Assembly (NCBI GenBank): GCA_963822965.1
Contig: CAWGJT010000012.1
Coordinates: forward strand, 352,001-416,000
Direction: 5' to 3'
DNA: 64,000 nt
DNA from: an uncultured delta proteobacterium
Lineage (GTDB): Bacteria > Myxococcota_A > UBA9160 > UBA4427
This document shows, piece after piece, positions 29,260 to 39,371 of this stretch (the stretch's first letter is position 1; every line of letters begins with the position of its first letter). A program made the position numbers and the translations under genes. Under the pieces are notes generated by a model. It did not search any database, was not told where the DNA came from, and saw nothing but the letters and a program-made list of their open reading frames with translations.

Positions 29260-30626
29260 GAGGCCCGCACTCCGGCGGTGTCGCCGGGCAGGAAGGGACG
29301 GGTGAGGTTCTCCACGCCCGTGTCGGTCACGAGCACGTCGTCCTCGATGCGGATACCGCCGCACGCGGCCAGCGCGTCGACGAGCGGCCAGTCGAACGCC
29401 GTGGCCTCCGCGCCCGAACGGAAGGGCTCCAGCAGCTGCGGGATGAAGTAGAGGCCCGGCTCGACGGTGACCACGTGCCCGACGGCCAGGTCGCGCGTGG
29501 TGCGCAGGTACGGGTGGGCGTCGGGGGGCGGCCGGTGCTCGCCTGCCGGCGACACCTGCTGTCCACCCACGTCGTGCACCTGCAGGCCCAGATGATGCCC
29601 CAGCCCGTGCGGCAGGCACGGCAGCACGAGGCCGGTGTCGAGCGCCTGCTCGGCGCCCACGCGCAGCACGCCGAGGTCGGTCAGAATGGCCGCCACCCCC
29701 GCGACCGCGCGCGCGTGCAGCGCCACGTAGGAGCCTCCCGGCGCGACGGCCCCGGCGAGCTCCGCCTGCAACACCTCCATGCGCGTGAGGGCCTCGCGGA
29801 AGACGGGATGTGCGTCCGGCCCCGCCCACGTGCGCGTGACGTCGCTCGCATAGCCATGGCAGCAGGCACCGGCATCGATCAGGAACGTGTGGCCCGGCGC
29901 CGGCGGGCTGTCGCGCTTGCGCGAGTAGTGGAGCACGCGAGATCGGTCGTCCCAGGCGATGATGTTGGGGTACGGGGTCTCGGCGTCGAGCTGGCCGGTC
30001 GCGCGGAGGTAGTCGGCGTGGATCTCGCGCTCGCTCCGCCGCGCTTCGGCGCCGTCGCGCGCCGCCCGGTGGCCGCGGGCCGCGATGCGATTCGCCTCGC
30101 GGATGCAGGCCACCTCGTACGGCGTCTTGAAGGCCCGGTGCCAGACCAGCGCCGCCAGCAGCGCGGGCGGCGAGACCGCCTCGGACCGAATGCCCATTCG
30201 TCCGGCTGCGCTCTCCGAGGCGCCGACCCAGGCGCAGCCCGCGACGTCGCCCAGCAGCACGGCCGCCGCCTCGAAGTCCGGCGCCTCGACGACGTCGAGC
30301 ACCTCGGGAAAGGGATGCGCGGGAGACGCGGGCGGCTCCTCCCAGTAGTCGCGGGGGACGACCCGCACGAGCCGGATCGGCTCGCCGGGCCGGAAGCGCA
30401 GCAGGTGGTCCGGCCCCGGGACCGGCGCGAAGCGGGCGAAGTGGGCGAGGCCGCGAAACGGCACGGCGAGATCGTCGCCGGGGTAGAAGGCCTTCGACCC
30501 GGCGTGCAGGACGATGCCGTCCTCGCGGCCCCCCGCGGCGCGATGGAGCGCGAGGGACTCTTCGGCCATGCGGGAGACCCGCTCGACGTGATCGCGGTAC
30601 AGCGGGGACCAGTCCATGGAATCCAT
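29256..30626 (-). CDS. pepQ: Xaa-Pro dipeptidase
   Basis: LHY, LIDAG, GYASDVTRT, PHGLGHHLGLQVHDVGG, TVEPGLYF, GGIRIED. Confidence 0.9.
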   Translation of the reverse strand: MDSMDWSPLYRDHVERVSRMAEESLALHRAAGGREDGIVLHAGSKAFYPGDDLAVPFRGLAHFARFAPVPGPDHLLRFRPGEPIRLVRVVPRDYWEEPPASPAHPFPEVLDVVEAPDFEAAAVLLGDVAGCAWVGASESAAGRMGIRSEAVSPPALLAALVWHRAFKTPYEVACIREANRIAARGHRAARDGAEARRSEREIHADYLRATGQLDAETPYPNIIAWDDRSRVLHYSRKRDSPPAPGHTFLIDAGACCHGYASDVTRTWAGPDAHPVFREALTRMEVLQAELAGAVAPGGSYVALHARAVAGVAAILTDLGVLRVGAEQALDTGLVLPCLPHGLGHHLGLQVHDVGGQQVSPAGEHRPPPDAHPYLRTTRDLAVGHVVTVEPGLYFIPQLLEPFRSGAEATAFDWPLVDALAACGGIRIEDDVLVTDTGVENLTRPFLPGDTAGVRAS

Positions 30627-30774
30627 TCACCGGTGCGCGAGGAAGCCGGGGCCGCAGCAGGTTAGGCGGGCCGGCTCGCCCTGAGGCCCGTTCACGACAC
30701 CTGGGAACGGAACGATGGGAGCCCGCCGCTTTCCCCGCCACCCGGACAGGCCACGAGTATATAATGGCTCGGGC

Positions 30775-31182
30775 ATGGACCACCCCAATCGAGCCCTTGC
30801 GGAGCGCGCCTGGCAGGCCGTGGCCTCGAGCGACGTCGACACCCTGCGCGAGCTGTGGACGCCCGACATCGTCTGGCACGTCACCACGGACAACCCCTGG
30901 ACGGGGGATCACGTGGGTACGGACGCGATCCTCGACTACCTGGCCGACGTGGGAGAGGCGGGCGAGGCCTACGACGCAAGCATCGAGGACGTGCTCGTGA
31001 GCGACCACCACGTGCTGCTGTTGTATCGCGTGCGCGCGCGACGGGGCCGGCGCTCCATCGACACCGGCCAGTGCCTGCTCGCCCGCATCGAGGGCGACCA
31101 GATGGCCGAGGTCTGGACCCTGCCCCTCGACCCCGCCGCCTTCGACGAGTTCTGGCGCGAGAGCGCCCGCAAGGCAGGCTGA
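30775..31182 (+). CDS. SnoaL/NTF2-like protein
   Basis: DVDTLRELWTPDIVWHV...GDHVG; TATAAT upstream. Confidence 0.8.
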   Translation: MDHPNRALAERAWQAVASSDVDTLRELWTPDIVWHVTTDNPWTGDHVGTDAILDYLADVGEAGEAYDASIEDVLVSDHHVLLLYRVRARRGRRSIDTGQCLLARIEGDQMAEVWTLPLDPAAFDEFWRESARKAG

Positions 31183-31262
31183 GAGGCGTTCGACGGCGCG
31201 ACGGGCCCCTGCTGCCAGCGGGTCGAGGTCGACCGGGCTCGGCCTCGTGCCCCCGCGCCGGG

Positions 31263-31489
31263 GTGCCGGTCCTTGGGGGTCTAGCCCCAACGCCTCATTG
31301 TTCGAGCTTCCCGCGTGCCGCAGAGTCCGCCAGCCCTTGCGGATCTTGCGAGATCGCTGGAATCAGCCTGAGCGCGAGGAACTCATTGTCGCGAAGTCCT
31401 GGCGGCAGGCTCGAATCGCGGCACGGGTCGAGCAGGCGCGCGGATCCGGGCGGCATTGGGAGTTGCGCCCCGATCCGTATGACGGATCA
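31263..31489. other. Structured intergenic element (long nested hairpin)
   Basis: Several nested 7-8 bp complementary segments between convergent genes. Confidence 0.35.
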
Positions 31490-31492
31490 GGG

Positions 31493-32998
31493 CTACCCCC
31501 GGGCTTCGAGCGCGGCGAGCAGCTTCTCCCAGATACCGTCGAAGCCGCCGTTGCTCATGACCAGCACCACGTCGCCGCGGCGGGCTTCGCGGGCCACGCA
31601 CGCGACGATGTCGTCCACCTTCGCGAAGGCTTCGGCGGCGACGCCCCGTTCGACCAGCGCCTCGCACAGCTCGGCCGACGAGAAGAGCTCGGTCACCTCG
31701 CCGGTGGCGCTGTAGATGGGCTCGTCGGGCACCTCGTAGACGAGGGCGCGGTCGGCCTCGTCGAAGGCGCGGGCGTAGTCCTGCTGGAAGATCGCGCGCC
31801 GGCTGGTGTTCGTGCGGGGCTCGAAGATCGCGATGAGACGGCGGTCGGGAAAGCGGGCGCGCAAGGCGCCGATGCTGCCGCGCACGGCCGTCGGGTGATG
31901 GGCGAAGTCGTCGACCACGACGACGCCCTGCGCCTCGCCGCGGATCTCCTGGCGGCGCTTCACGCCCCGGGCCCGGGGCAGCGCGGCGATGGCTTCGGGC
32001 AGGGGAACCCCCAGGGTGGTCACCGTCGCGAGGGCCGCGAGCACGTTCTCCATGTTGAAGCCGCCGTGGAAGGGAGCCCGCACGGCGAGGGGCTCGCCGC
32101 CGTCGACCCGCAGCTCGAAGCGCGTGCCGTCGGCCTCGGGCGTGAGTCGCGCGGCCCGGAAGCCCTGGCCATCGGCCAGCGCGGGGTCGGAGTCGGCGAT
32201 CCCGTAGCGGACGACGCGACCCGGCGCGGCGGCCACCACGTCGCGCACGTTCGCGTGCCCCCAGGCGACGACCAGGGTGCCATCCGACGGCATGCGCGCC
32301 ACCAGCTCACGGAACGCGGACTTCACGTGGTCGAGATCGCGGTAGATGTCGGCGTGGTCGAACTCGACCGACGTCACGATCGCGGTCCGCGGGTGGTAGT
32401 GGAGGAACTTCGGCGTCTTGTCGAAGAAGGCGGTGTCGTACTCGTCACCCTCGACGACGAAGTGCGGGCCCTGCCCTTCCCGGAAGCTGCCGTCGAAGTC
32501 GAGGCTGATGCCGCCCACCAGCAGCGATGGGTCGCGACCCGTCGCCTCCAACAGGAAGGCCACCAGGTTCGTAGTGGTGGTCTTGCCATGGGTGCCCGTG
32601 ACGACCACCGGGTGCTTGTCGGCCATCGCCAGCTCGTAGAGCGCGTCGGAGAACGACCGGTACGGCACGCCGCTCGCCATGGCCGCCACCGCCTCGGGAT
32701 TGTCCGGGCGCACGGCGTTGCCGATCACGAACAGGTCGGGCGCCACGGAGCCGTCTGCGGCCAGGAAGTTGTCGGGCGAGAAGCCCTCGCGCACGGGAAT
32801 CTGCCAGCGCGCCAACGCCGTGCTCATGGGCGGGTACAGGCCCTTGTCGGAGCCGGTCACGGTGACACCGCGCGCCTTCAGCAGCCCCGCCAGCGATCCC
32901 ATGCCGGTGCCGCCGATGGCGATGAAGTGGACGTGGCGGGGTCCGTCCGCGGTGGTCATCCGATTCCCATTCCCATCCGAGCCAGCCGACTCGGCCAA
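31493..32998 (-). CDS. mpl: Murein peptide ligase
   Basis: IGGTGMG, YPPMST, GTHGKTTT, EGDEYDTAFFDK, DDFAHHPTA, MSNGGF. Confidence 0.92.
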   Translation of the reverse strand: MAESAGSDGNGNRMTTADGPRHVHFIAIGGTGMGSLAGLLKARGVTVTGSDKGLYPPMSTALARWQIPVREGFSPDNFLAADGSVAPDLFVIGNAVRPDNPEAVAAMASGVPYRSFSDALYELAMADKHPVVVTGTHGKTTTTNLVAFLLEATGRDPSLLVGGISLDFDGSFREGQGPHFVVEGDEYDTAFFDKTPKFLHYHPRTAIVTSVEFDHADIYRDLDHVKSAFRELVARMPSDGTLVVAWGHANVRDVVAAAPGRVVRYGIADSDPALADGQGFRAARLTPEADGTRFELRVDGGEPLAVRAPFHGGFNMENVLAALATVTTLGVPLPEAIAALPRARGVKRRQEIRGEAQGVVVVDDFAHHPTAVRGSIGALRARFPDRRLIAIFEPRTNTSRRAIFQQDYARAFDEADRALVYEVPDEPIYSATGEVTELFSSAELCEALVERGVAAEAFAKVDDIVACVAREARRGDVVLVMSNGGFDGIWEKLLAALEARG

Positions 32999-32999
32999 C

Positions 33000-34175
33000 T
33001 CATCCGGATTCGAACGCGTCCAGGATGTAGTCGTGCACCTCCGGCCGCAGACCGAAGCGGCTGCGCTTGGCCACCAGATGCACGCGGTTGGTGAGCATCA
33101 CCACGATCGCCTCCTTCTCGAGGTCGATCCAGACGGAGGTTCCCGTGAAGCCCAGGTGCCCGATCGAGGTGGGCGAGAAGTGCGAGCCCGACGAAGACTG
33201 ACCCGGCGTCGGCGTGTCCCAACCCAGCGCCCAGTCCGAGCCCTCGGGCAGCTCCTGGCGGCGGGAGAACTCGCGCACAAGCTCCCGGGGCAGCAGCTCG
33301 CTGCGGCCGTGCCACACGTCGAGCCAGATGCGCGCAAAACGCATCACGTCGTCGGCGGTGGAGAAGAGGCCCGCGTGGCCGGCGACGCCCCCCATCGCGT
33401 ACGCGTTCGGGTCGTGCACCTCGCCCCACACGATCCGGTCGCGCCAGGGGCAGTTCTCGCTGGCGGCAGTGCGGCGGAGGCGCTCTGGCGGGAGGGCGAC
33501 AGCCTCGCCGCCGTCGCCGTCGACCCGCAGCTGCGGGTGGAAGCGCGTGTCGTGGAGCTCGAAGGGCGTGAAGATCCGCTCCTGGCAGAAGACGTCGAGG
33601 GCCTGACCCGAGACCGCCTCGACCACGGCGCCGAGCACGATGAAGTCGAGGTCGCCGTAGACGGCGGCCTCCCCGGGCTCGTGGACGAGCGCCGAGCGCA
33701 CCACCCGGTCGAGGATCCAGGCGCGACCCTCGGCGGTGCCGATCCACCGCTCCGCCGTCTTGCGCTCGCGCTTCAGCAGGTCTTCGTGGAAGCCGCGCCA
33801 GGGCCGCAGACCCGCCGAGTGGGTGAGCAGCTGCCGAAGGGTCACCGCCTCCTTGTCGCGCTCCGCGAAGGCCGGCAGCGCCTTGGCGACCGGCGCGTCC
33901 AGCTCGAGCTTCCCCTCGGCGACGAGCAGCAGCACCGCCGTCGTGGTGGCGATGGGCTTGGTGAGGGACGCCAGGTCGAAGATCGTGTCCCGTCGCATGG
34001 GGATGCGCTCGGGCTGCAGCACCGCGAGCCCGCGCACCGTCTCGAACTCCAGCAGCTCGCCTTCCTTCGGCATGCGAGCCAGCACGACGGCGCCGGGGAT
34101 CTCGGATCCCTCGATGGCCTTGTCGAGGGCACGATCGACGCGTGCCAGCTTGCGGCGGACCACGGCCCACTTCAT
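33000..34175 (-). CDS. Serine hydrolase (beta-lactamase/AmpC-like family)
   Basis: ASLTK, LLTHSAG, GHAGLFS, GHLGFTG. Confidence 0.88.
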   Translation of the reverse strand: MKWAVVRRKLARVDRALDKAIEGSEIPGAVVLARMPKEGELLEFETVRGLAVLQPERIPMRRDTIFDLASLTKPIATTTAVLLLVAEGKLELDAPVAKALPAFAERDKEAVTLRQLLTHSAGLRPWRGFHEDLLKRERKTAERWIGTAEGRAWILDRVVRSALVHEPGEAAVYGDLDFIVLGAVVEAVSGQALDVFCQERIFTPFELHDTRFHPQLRVDGDGGEAVALPPERLRRTAASENCPWRDRIVWGEVHDPNAYAMGGVAGHAGLFSTADDVMRFARIWLDVWHGRSELLPRELVREFSRRQELPEGSDWALGWDTPTPGQSSSGSHFSPTSIGHLGFTGTSVWIDLEKEAIVVMLTNRVHLVAKRSRFGLRPEVHDYILDAFESG

Positions 34176-34337
34176 CGGGAGCTCTCGTTCTCTCTTCGCT
34201 GGGGGATGCGGCTCGGGCGCCTGCCCGACCCACCCCCCGGCGGTCTGGCGGCGCGTGGCGTCCTGGGGCCACGTGACCACCCAGGTTACCCCAGCCGCAC
34301 GCGCAGCTCCTGTCCCTGCAGCCTCCTGCCGGCGCGC

Positions 34338-35267
34338 CTAGCGGCGCGCGACGGGAAATTCGAGCAGCTCGATCTCGCCACGCTCGGCGTCGATGGCGGC
34401 GCGCCCGCCGTGGGGCCAGGGGTGGTTCTCCGGCCCGTGGCCGAAGGGCAGCCCGACCAGGGTCGGCACGCCCAGGGGTGTGAGGATCTCGCGGAGCACC
34501 TCGTCCACGCCGGGGCCGCCCCCGGCAGCCCCCGCGTCCGGCGGATCGCAGTCGACCATCTGCCCGATGCCGATCCCCGCGAGCCCGGCGAGCTTTCCCG
34601 CGGCATGCAGCTGCTGGAGCATGCGGTCCACGCGATAGGGCGCCTCGTGCACCTCCTCGAGGAGCAGGATGCCGTCCCGGGTGTCGATCTCCCACGGCGT
34701 TCCGAGGCTCGCCACCACCAGGCTGAGCGACCCGCCGGTGAGACGACCCTCGCGCCAACCGCCCACCCAGGGCTGCCCGCGCAGCCGGGGCAGCTCGCCG
34801 GTCCCGATGAGGGCGCGCGCCAGCTCCCGGTGCGACTCCCGGGGTACGGGCTCGCCGCGCTCGAGCATGGGACCATGGATGCCCATCAGACCCGCGACCC
34901 GTCGCTGCCAGAGCAGCAGGGTGGTGACGTCGCTGTAGCCCACCAGCGGCTTGGCGGCGTTCCGTACGAGATTCGCATCGAGCCGGGCCACGATGCGGTG
35001 GGAGCCGTAGCCGCCCCGCGCGCACAGGATGCCGTGGACGTCGGGATCGGCGACGAGCTCCATGAGCTCCGCCGCGCGCGCCGCGTCGTCGCCCGCGAGG
35101 TAGCCGCGGCGCGCCGTCAGCGAGCTGCCGCGTCGCGGCTCGAAGCCCAACGCGCGGACGAGCGCCTCGCCCGCCTCGAGCACCGACTCGTCGATGGGAC
35201 CCGCGGGCGTCGCGATCCCCAGGGTGTCGCCGGGACGGAGGGCGCGTGCCTTGCGGAGGGTGGCCAC
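34338..35267 (-). CDS. ldcA: LD-carboxypeptidase (S66)
   Basis: RGGYG, GYSDVT, LEEV, PFGH. Confidence 0.88.
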   Translation of the reverse strand: MATLRKARALRPGDTLGIATPAGPIDESVLEAGEALVRALGFEPRRGSSLTARRGYLAGDDAARAAELMELVADPDVHGILCARGGYGSHRIVARLDANLVRNAAKPLVGYSDVTTLLLWQRRVAGLMGIHGPMLERGEPVPRESHRELARALIGTGELPRLRGQPWVGGWREGRLTGGSLSLVVASLGTPWEIDTRDGILLLEEVHEAPYRVDRMLQQLHAAGKLAGLAGIGIGQMVDCDPPDAGAAGGGPGVDEVLREILTPLGVPTLVGLPFGHGPENHPWPHGGRAAIDAERGEIELLEFPVARR

Positions 35268-35288
35268 GGCGGCCTCCAGCCTCGGGGA

Positions 35289-36737
35289 TCAGAACGGGTC
35301 TTCGGCGCTCGCGGCAGGCGGGATGAACCCGCCGCTGCCCGGGGCACCGCCGTAGGGATCGTCGCTCACCGGCCAGTCGCCGAAGCGCGCGAAGCGGCCT
35401 TCGAACTGCAGCTTGACGGTGCCCGTGGGACCGTTCCGCTGCTTGGCGATGATGAGCTCCGCCAGATCCTCGTACTCCGTCTCGCGGTTGTAGACCACGT
35501 CCCGGTAGATGAAGCCGATGAGGTCCGCGTCCTGCTCGATGGCGCCGGACTCGCGCAGATCGGCGAGCATCGGCCGCTTGTCCTCCTTGCGCGTCTCCGG
35601 GCCGCGGTTGAGCTGCGACAGCGCGATCACGGGGATGTCGAGCTCCTTGGCCAGCCCCTTCAGGCCGCGGCTGATCTCCGAGATCTCCTGCTCGCGGCTC
35701 TGGGTGTTGTGATCGCCGTGGGCGAGCTGCAGGTAGTCGACGATCACCATGTCGAGACCGTGCTGGGCGTGCAGGCGCCGGCTCTTCGCCCGCATCTCGA
35801 GCACCGTGGCGGCACCCGTGTCGTCGATGAAGATCTGCGAGTTTGCCAGGCTGCCGGCCGCCGCCACCAGACGCGCGTGGGCCTCGAGCGCGATCAGACC
35901 CGAGCGGAACGCCGAGAAGTCCACCTCGGCCTCGGACGAGAGCAGCCGCAGCACCAGCGACCGGGTGGTCATCTCGAGGGAGAAGATGGCGACCCTCTTG
36001 CCGTAGTCCACCGCCGCGTTGCGCGCGATGTTGAGCGCCAGGGCCGTCTTGCCCATGGAAGGCCGTGCGGCCAGGATGAAGAGGTCGCCGGGCTGCAGGC
36101 CGCCGGTCTCCTTGTCCAGGGCTGCAAAGCCCGTCGGGACGCCCGTCAGCTCGCCGCTGCGGCTCATCAGCAGGTCGATGTGATCGACGGCCCGATGCAT
36201 CTCCACGGAGAGCGGGCTCAGGGTGGCCTTCGCCTTCTCCTGGCTCAGCGCGAAGATCCTCGACTCGGCGGCGTCCAGCAGCTGGTCCGAGGGCTGGGTC
36301 TGGTCGTATCCGAGGCTCACGATCTCGGTGGCCGTCTGGATGACGCTGCGCTTGACGGCCTTGTCGCGCACGATGCGCGAGTAGTGGGCGATGTTGGCGG
36401 CCGTGGCCTCGTAGTCGGCGATCTCGGCGAGCACCACCGCGCCGCCGATGGCGTCGAGCAGGTCCCGCGACTTCAGGTAGTCCGAGAGGGTGGTGAGATC
36501 GACGGGCTGGTTGGCGTCCTTGAGGGACACCATCGCCTCGAAGAGCCGGCGATGTGCGGGAATGTAGAAGTCGTCCGCCCGCAGCTCACCGGCGATCTCG
36601 TGGATGGCTTCGTTGTCGAGCAGGATGGCGGAGAGCACGGCCTTCTCGGCCTGTGCGTCGTGCGGCGGGATTCGATCTCGGGAGCGGCCCACGCGCGACG
36701 CGTCCCGCGGATCTTCGAATCCACCGCCCGAAGCCAA
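35289..36737 (-). CDS. dnaB: Replicative DNA helicase
   Basis: AARPSMGKT, FSLEM, DYLQL, SQLNR, DLRESGAIEQDAD. Confidence 0.97.
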   Translation of the reverse strand: MASGGGFEDPRDASRVGRSRDRIPPHDAQAEKAVLSAILLDNEAIHEIAGELRADDFYIPAHRRLFEAMVSLKDANQPVDLTTLSDYLKSRDLLDAIGGAVVLAEIADYEATAANIAHYSRIVRDKAVKRSVIQTATEIVSLGYDQTQPSDQLLDAAESRIFALSQEKAKATLSPLSVEMHRAVDHIDLLMSRSGELTGVPTGFAALDKETGGLQPGDLFILAARPSMGKTALALNIARNAAVDYGKRVAIFSLEMTTRSLVLRLLSSEAEVDFSAFRSGLIALEAHARLVAAAGSLANSQIFIDDTGAATVLEMRAKSRRLHAQHGLDMVIVDYLQLAHGDHNTQSREQEISEISRGLKGLAKELDIPVIALSQLNRGPETRKEDKRPMLADLRESGAIEQDADLIGFIYRDVVYNRETEYEDLAELIIAKQRNGPTGTVKLQFEGRFARFGDWPVSDDPYGGAPGSGGFIPPAASAEDPF

Positions 36738-36925
36738 CTTCGCCCACCCCCCGGTATTCGGTCTTCACCGACGACGCGACGCGCGAGTATACCAAGCGAT
36801 GCGCACGCACGTGCATGCCAACGCGACTCGTTCGCTCGATTGTTGAAATCAGAACGTCGTGTCTCCGATCGTTCGCCCTCGCGGGGCGCGGACGACCGGA
36901 CGCGACGCGGCGAGCGCCGGAGGAA

Positions 36926-37453
36926 TCAGCCGGCGTCGGCCTCTGAACCCAGGCGCTCCGCGTCGGTGTCGTCTTCGTCCTCGGCCGCCTCGGCGACGAC
37001 GCCACTTGCGGTCACGACGACCTTGATCGTCGCGACCAGCTCACGATGGAGACGAAGCTGCACGGTGTGCTCGCCGACGGTCTTGATGGGCTCGGCGACC
37101 TGCAGCTTGCGACGGTCGACCTCGACGCCCTTCTGGGCGAGCTCGTCGGCGACCTGCTGCAAGGTGACCGAGCCGAAGAGCTTGCCTCCCGCGCCGGCCT
37201 GGGCCTCCACCTCGACCACCTGGGCCTCGATGCGCGCGCGCACCGCCTCGAGGTCCTTGAGGGCCTTGGCCTGCTGCTCGGCGATGATGCGCCGGTGGTG
37301 CTCCAGCTCGTTGATGCGCGCCTCGGTCGCGATGCTGGCCTTTCCCTGCGGGAGCAGGTAGTTGCGCGCGTAGCCGGGCTTGACGGCGACGAGGTCGCCG
37401 GCGTGGCCCAGCTTCTCGACGTCCTCACGCAGGATGAGCTTCACTTGCGCCAT
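36926..37453 (-). CDS. rplI: 50S ribosomal protein L9
   Basis: VKPGYARNYLLP, GKLFGSVT. Confidence 0.96.
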   Translation of the reverse strand: MAQVKLILREDVEKLGHAGDLVAVKPGYARNYLLPQGKASIATEARINELEHHRRIIAEQQAKALKDLEAVRARIEAQVVEVEAQAGAGGKLFGSVTLQQVADELAQKGVEVDRRKLQVAEPIKTVGEHTVQLRLHRELVATIKVVVTASGVVAEAAEDEDDTDAERLGSEADAG

Positions 37454-37510
37454 CGGAATGGCCTCCTGTCCGGGCACTGTCCCCAAAGGATGCACCCGGC
37501 TCGCTACGGA

Positions 37511-37942
37511 TCAGACGTGCTTGGCCGCGAAGGGCAGCAGGGCGATCTGCCGCGCGCGCTTGATCTCGAGGGCCAGCTTGCGCTGGTGCTTGGCGCAGGT
37601 GCCCGAGATGCGCCGCGGCGTCACCTTGCCCGTCTCGGAGATGAACAGACGCAGCGTCTTCGGCTCCTTGTAGTCGAGCGCCAGCTTCTTGTCGGCGCAG
37701 AAGCGGCACACCTTGCGGCGCTGGAACATCCGCTTCTTGCCCTTGCGGGCCTTCTTGCGGGCGCGCGCCCGCAGGCGCGCCTTGACGCTCCAGTTGGTGC
37801 GGCGCTCGTCGTCGCGCCCCCGGCCGCCCGGCCGGCCGCGGTCGCCCCCGCGGTCACCACCACGGTCGCGGTCACCGTACGAGGGGCGATCCGAGGACGA
37901 ACGATCGGAATCACGTCGGGGCGGTGCGCTGCCTTCGCTCAT
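37511..37942 (-). CDS. rpsR: 30S ribosomal protein S18 with long N-terminal extension
   Basis: [33 protein letters not shown]. Confidence 0.95.
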   Translation of the reverse strand: MSEGSAPPRRDSDRSSSDRPSYGDRDRGGDRGGDRGRPGGRGRDDERRTNWSVKARLRARARKKARKGKKRMFQRRKVCRFCADKKLALDYKEPKTLRLFISETGKVTPRRISGTCAKHQRKLALEIKRARQIALLPFAAKHV

Positions 37943-38481
37943 CAGTTGTCCTCCTCGTCGTCGCCGTCGGAATCGTTGTCGTTGTCGTTGTCGTCCGAGT
38001 CGTCGGCAGCGTCGGACGAATCTTCGGCGTCTTCCGACTCGGAGCGCTGGCGCGCCTCCTCGGCCGCCTGGCGCTCGACCTCGGCTCGGGCCTCGGCCTC
38101 CTCGGCCTCACGCGCCGCCTTCTCCGCGGCCCGCTTCTGCTGGTCGGCCTCGGCGATGCGCGCGGCTTCGCGGCGGGCCTCGATGTCGACGACCTCTTCC
38201 TCGACCCGGATGGTCATGAAGCGAAGCACGGATTCCTCGATGCGCAGGTTGCGCTCGAGCTCGTTCACCACCTGGCCGTCGTCGAGGAACGACAGCACGT
38301 AGTAATGGCCCTTCTGGAACTTCTCGATCTCGTAGGCGAGCTTGCGCTTGCCGAGATCGCTGCACATGAGACGCGTCGCACCCGCCTGCTCGAGCACGCC
38401 GTCCATCTTCTGCAGGATGGACTCGGTGCCCTCGCTCGAGATCTCGGGCTGGACGATGATGGTCGTTTCGTATTCCCGCAC
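37942..38481 (-). CDS. rpsF: 30S ribosomal protein S6 with charged/acidic tail
   Basis: [24 protein letters not shown]. Confidence 0.95.
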   Translation of the reverse strand: MREYETTIIVQPEISSEGTESILQKMDGVLEQAGATRLMCSDLGKRKLAYEIEKFQKGHYYVLSFLDDGQVVNELERNLRIEESVLRFMTIRVEEEVVDIEARREAARIAEADQQKRAAEKAAREAEEAEARAEVERQAAEEARQRSESEDAEDSSDAADDSDDNDNDNDSDGDDEEDN

Positions 38482-38779
38482 GACTTCTCCTCGCGGACGG
38501 GCACCGGGGTGCCCGAGCCCAGGCAGAGACCATCCGGCGGGTACCGGAGAGGCGAACCTGGACTGAGGATTGGGTGGCTGCCGCCCTCTCGCGGGGCTCG
38601 CTCGCAGTCGCACGCGAGAAGCTCCGGAGAGGCCGAAACGCCGCAACTACGGCGAGCGGCCGCCCAGGGGGTCGTACGGGTAGCATGCCGGCGAGCCCGG
38701 CGCGATGGGCAGCCCGCGGCACCCCTTGGGGTGCCGGGGCGCCCGGGCCTCTCTCGGGGCGGGCCGGGGCGCAGCTCCG

Positions 38780-39343
38780 TCACTCCAGCAGCAGCGCGTG
38801 GACGCGGCCGTCCGGGGTCAGCTCCGGGTGGAAGGTGCACGCGAGCCGATTCGCCTGGCGCAGCAGAACCGGCTCTCCTTCCACCCGCGCCAGCACCTCC
38901 ACGGTGGGGCCCGGCTCCACCAGCCGCGGCGCCCGGATGAAGACGCACCGCATGCCGGCGAAGTCCCCGGAATCCGCATCCGCCGCCGCCGCGAACGAAT
39001 CCACCTGGGTGCCGTAGTCGTTGCGAAGCGCCACCACGTCCATGAGCCCCAGGGTGGGCACGGGGTGGTTGCGGGACTCCCGGGCCATCAGAATGGCCCC
39101 GGCACAGGTGCCGAGCACGACCCGCCCCGACTCGGCGAACGTCCGCAGGGGCTCGCGCAGGCCCAGACGATCGATGCCCTTGGCGATGGTGGTGCTCTCG
39201 CCACCCGGCAGGATCAACGCCGACAGGTCGCTCAAGTGCTTCTCGCGAAGCACCGGAACCGCCTCGGCGCCGAGGCGGTCGAGCGCCTTGGCGTGCGCTT
39301 CCACGTCGCCCTGGATCGCCAGAATGCCCACCCGCGGCTTCAC
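38780..39343 (-). CDS. pdxT: PLP synthase glutaminase subunit
   Basis: GILAIQG, PGGEST, GTCAG, FIRAP, FHPE. Confidence 0.95.
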   Translation of the reverse strand: MKPRVGILAIQGDVEAHAKALDRLGAEAVPVLREKHLSDLSALILPGGESTTIAKGIDRLGLREPLRTFAESGRVVLGTCAGAILMARESRNHPVPTLGLMDVVALRNDYGTQVDSFAAAADADSGDFAGMRCVFIRAPRLVEPGPTVEVLARVEGEPVLLRQANRLACTFHPELTPDGRVHALLLE

Positions 39344-39371
39344 CCGGAGCTCCCTCCCCTCGCGGCCGACC

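Noticed and set aside
31263..31489. Retron msr/msd, SRP RNA or RNase P RNA
   Set aside because: No reverse transcriptase nearby; conserved SRP and RNase P motifs not found
32679..37361. Giant 1560-aa ORF and similar long ORFs (e.g. 53365-57207, 8887-12051)
   Set aside because: Antisense or off-frame shadows of real genes, expected at this GC content
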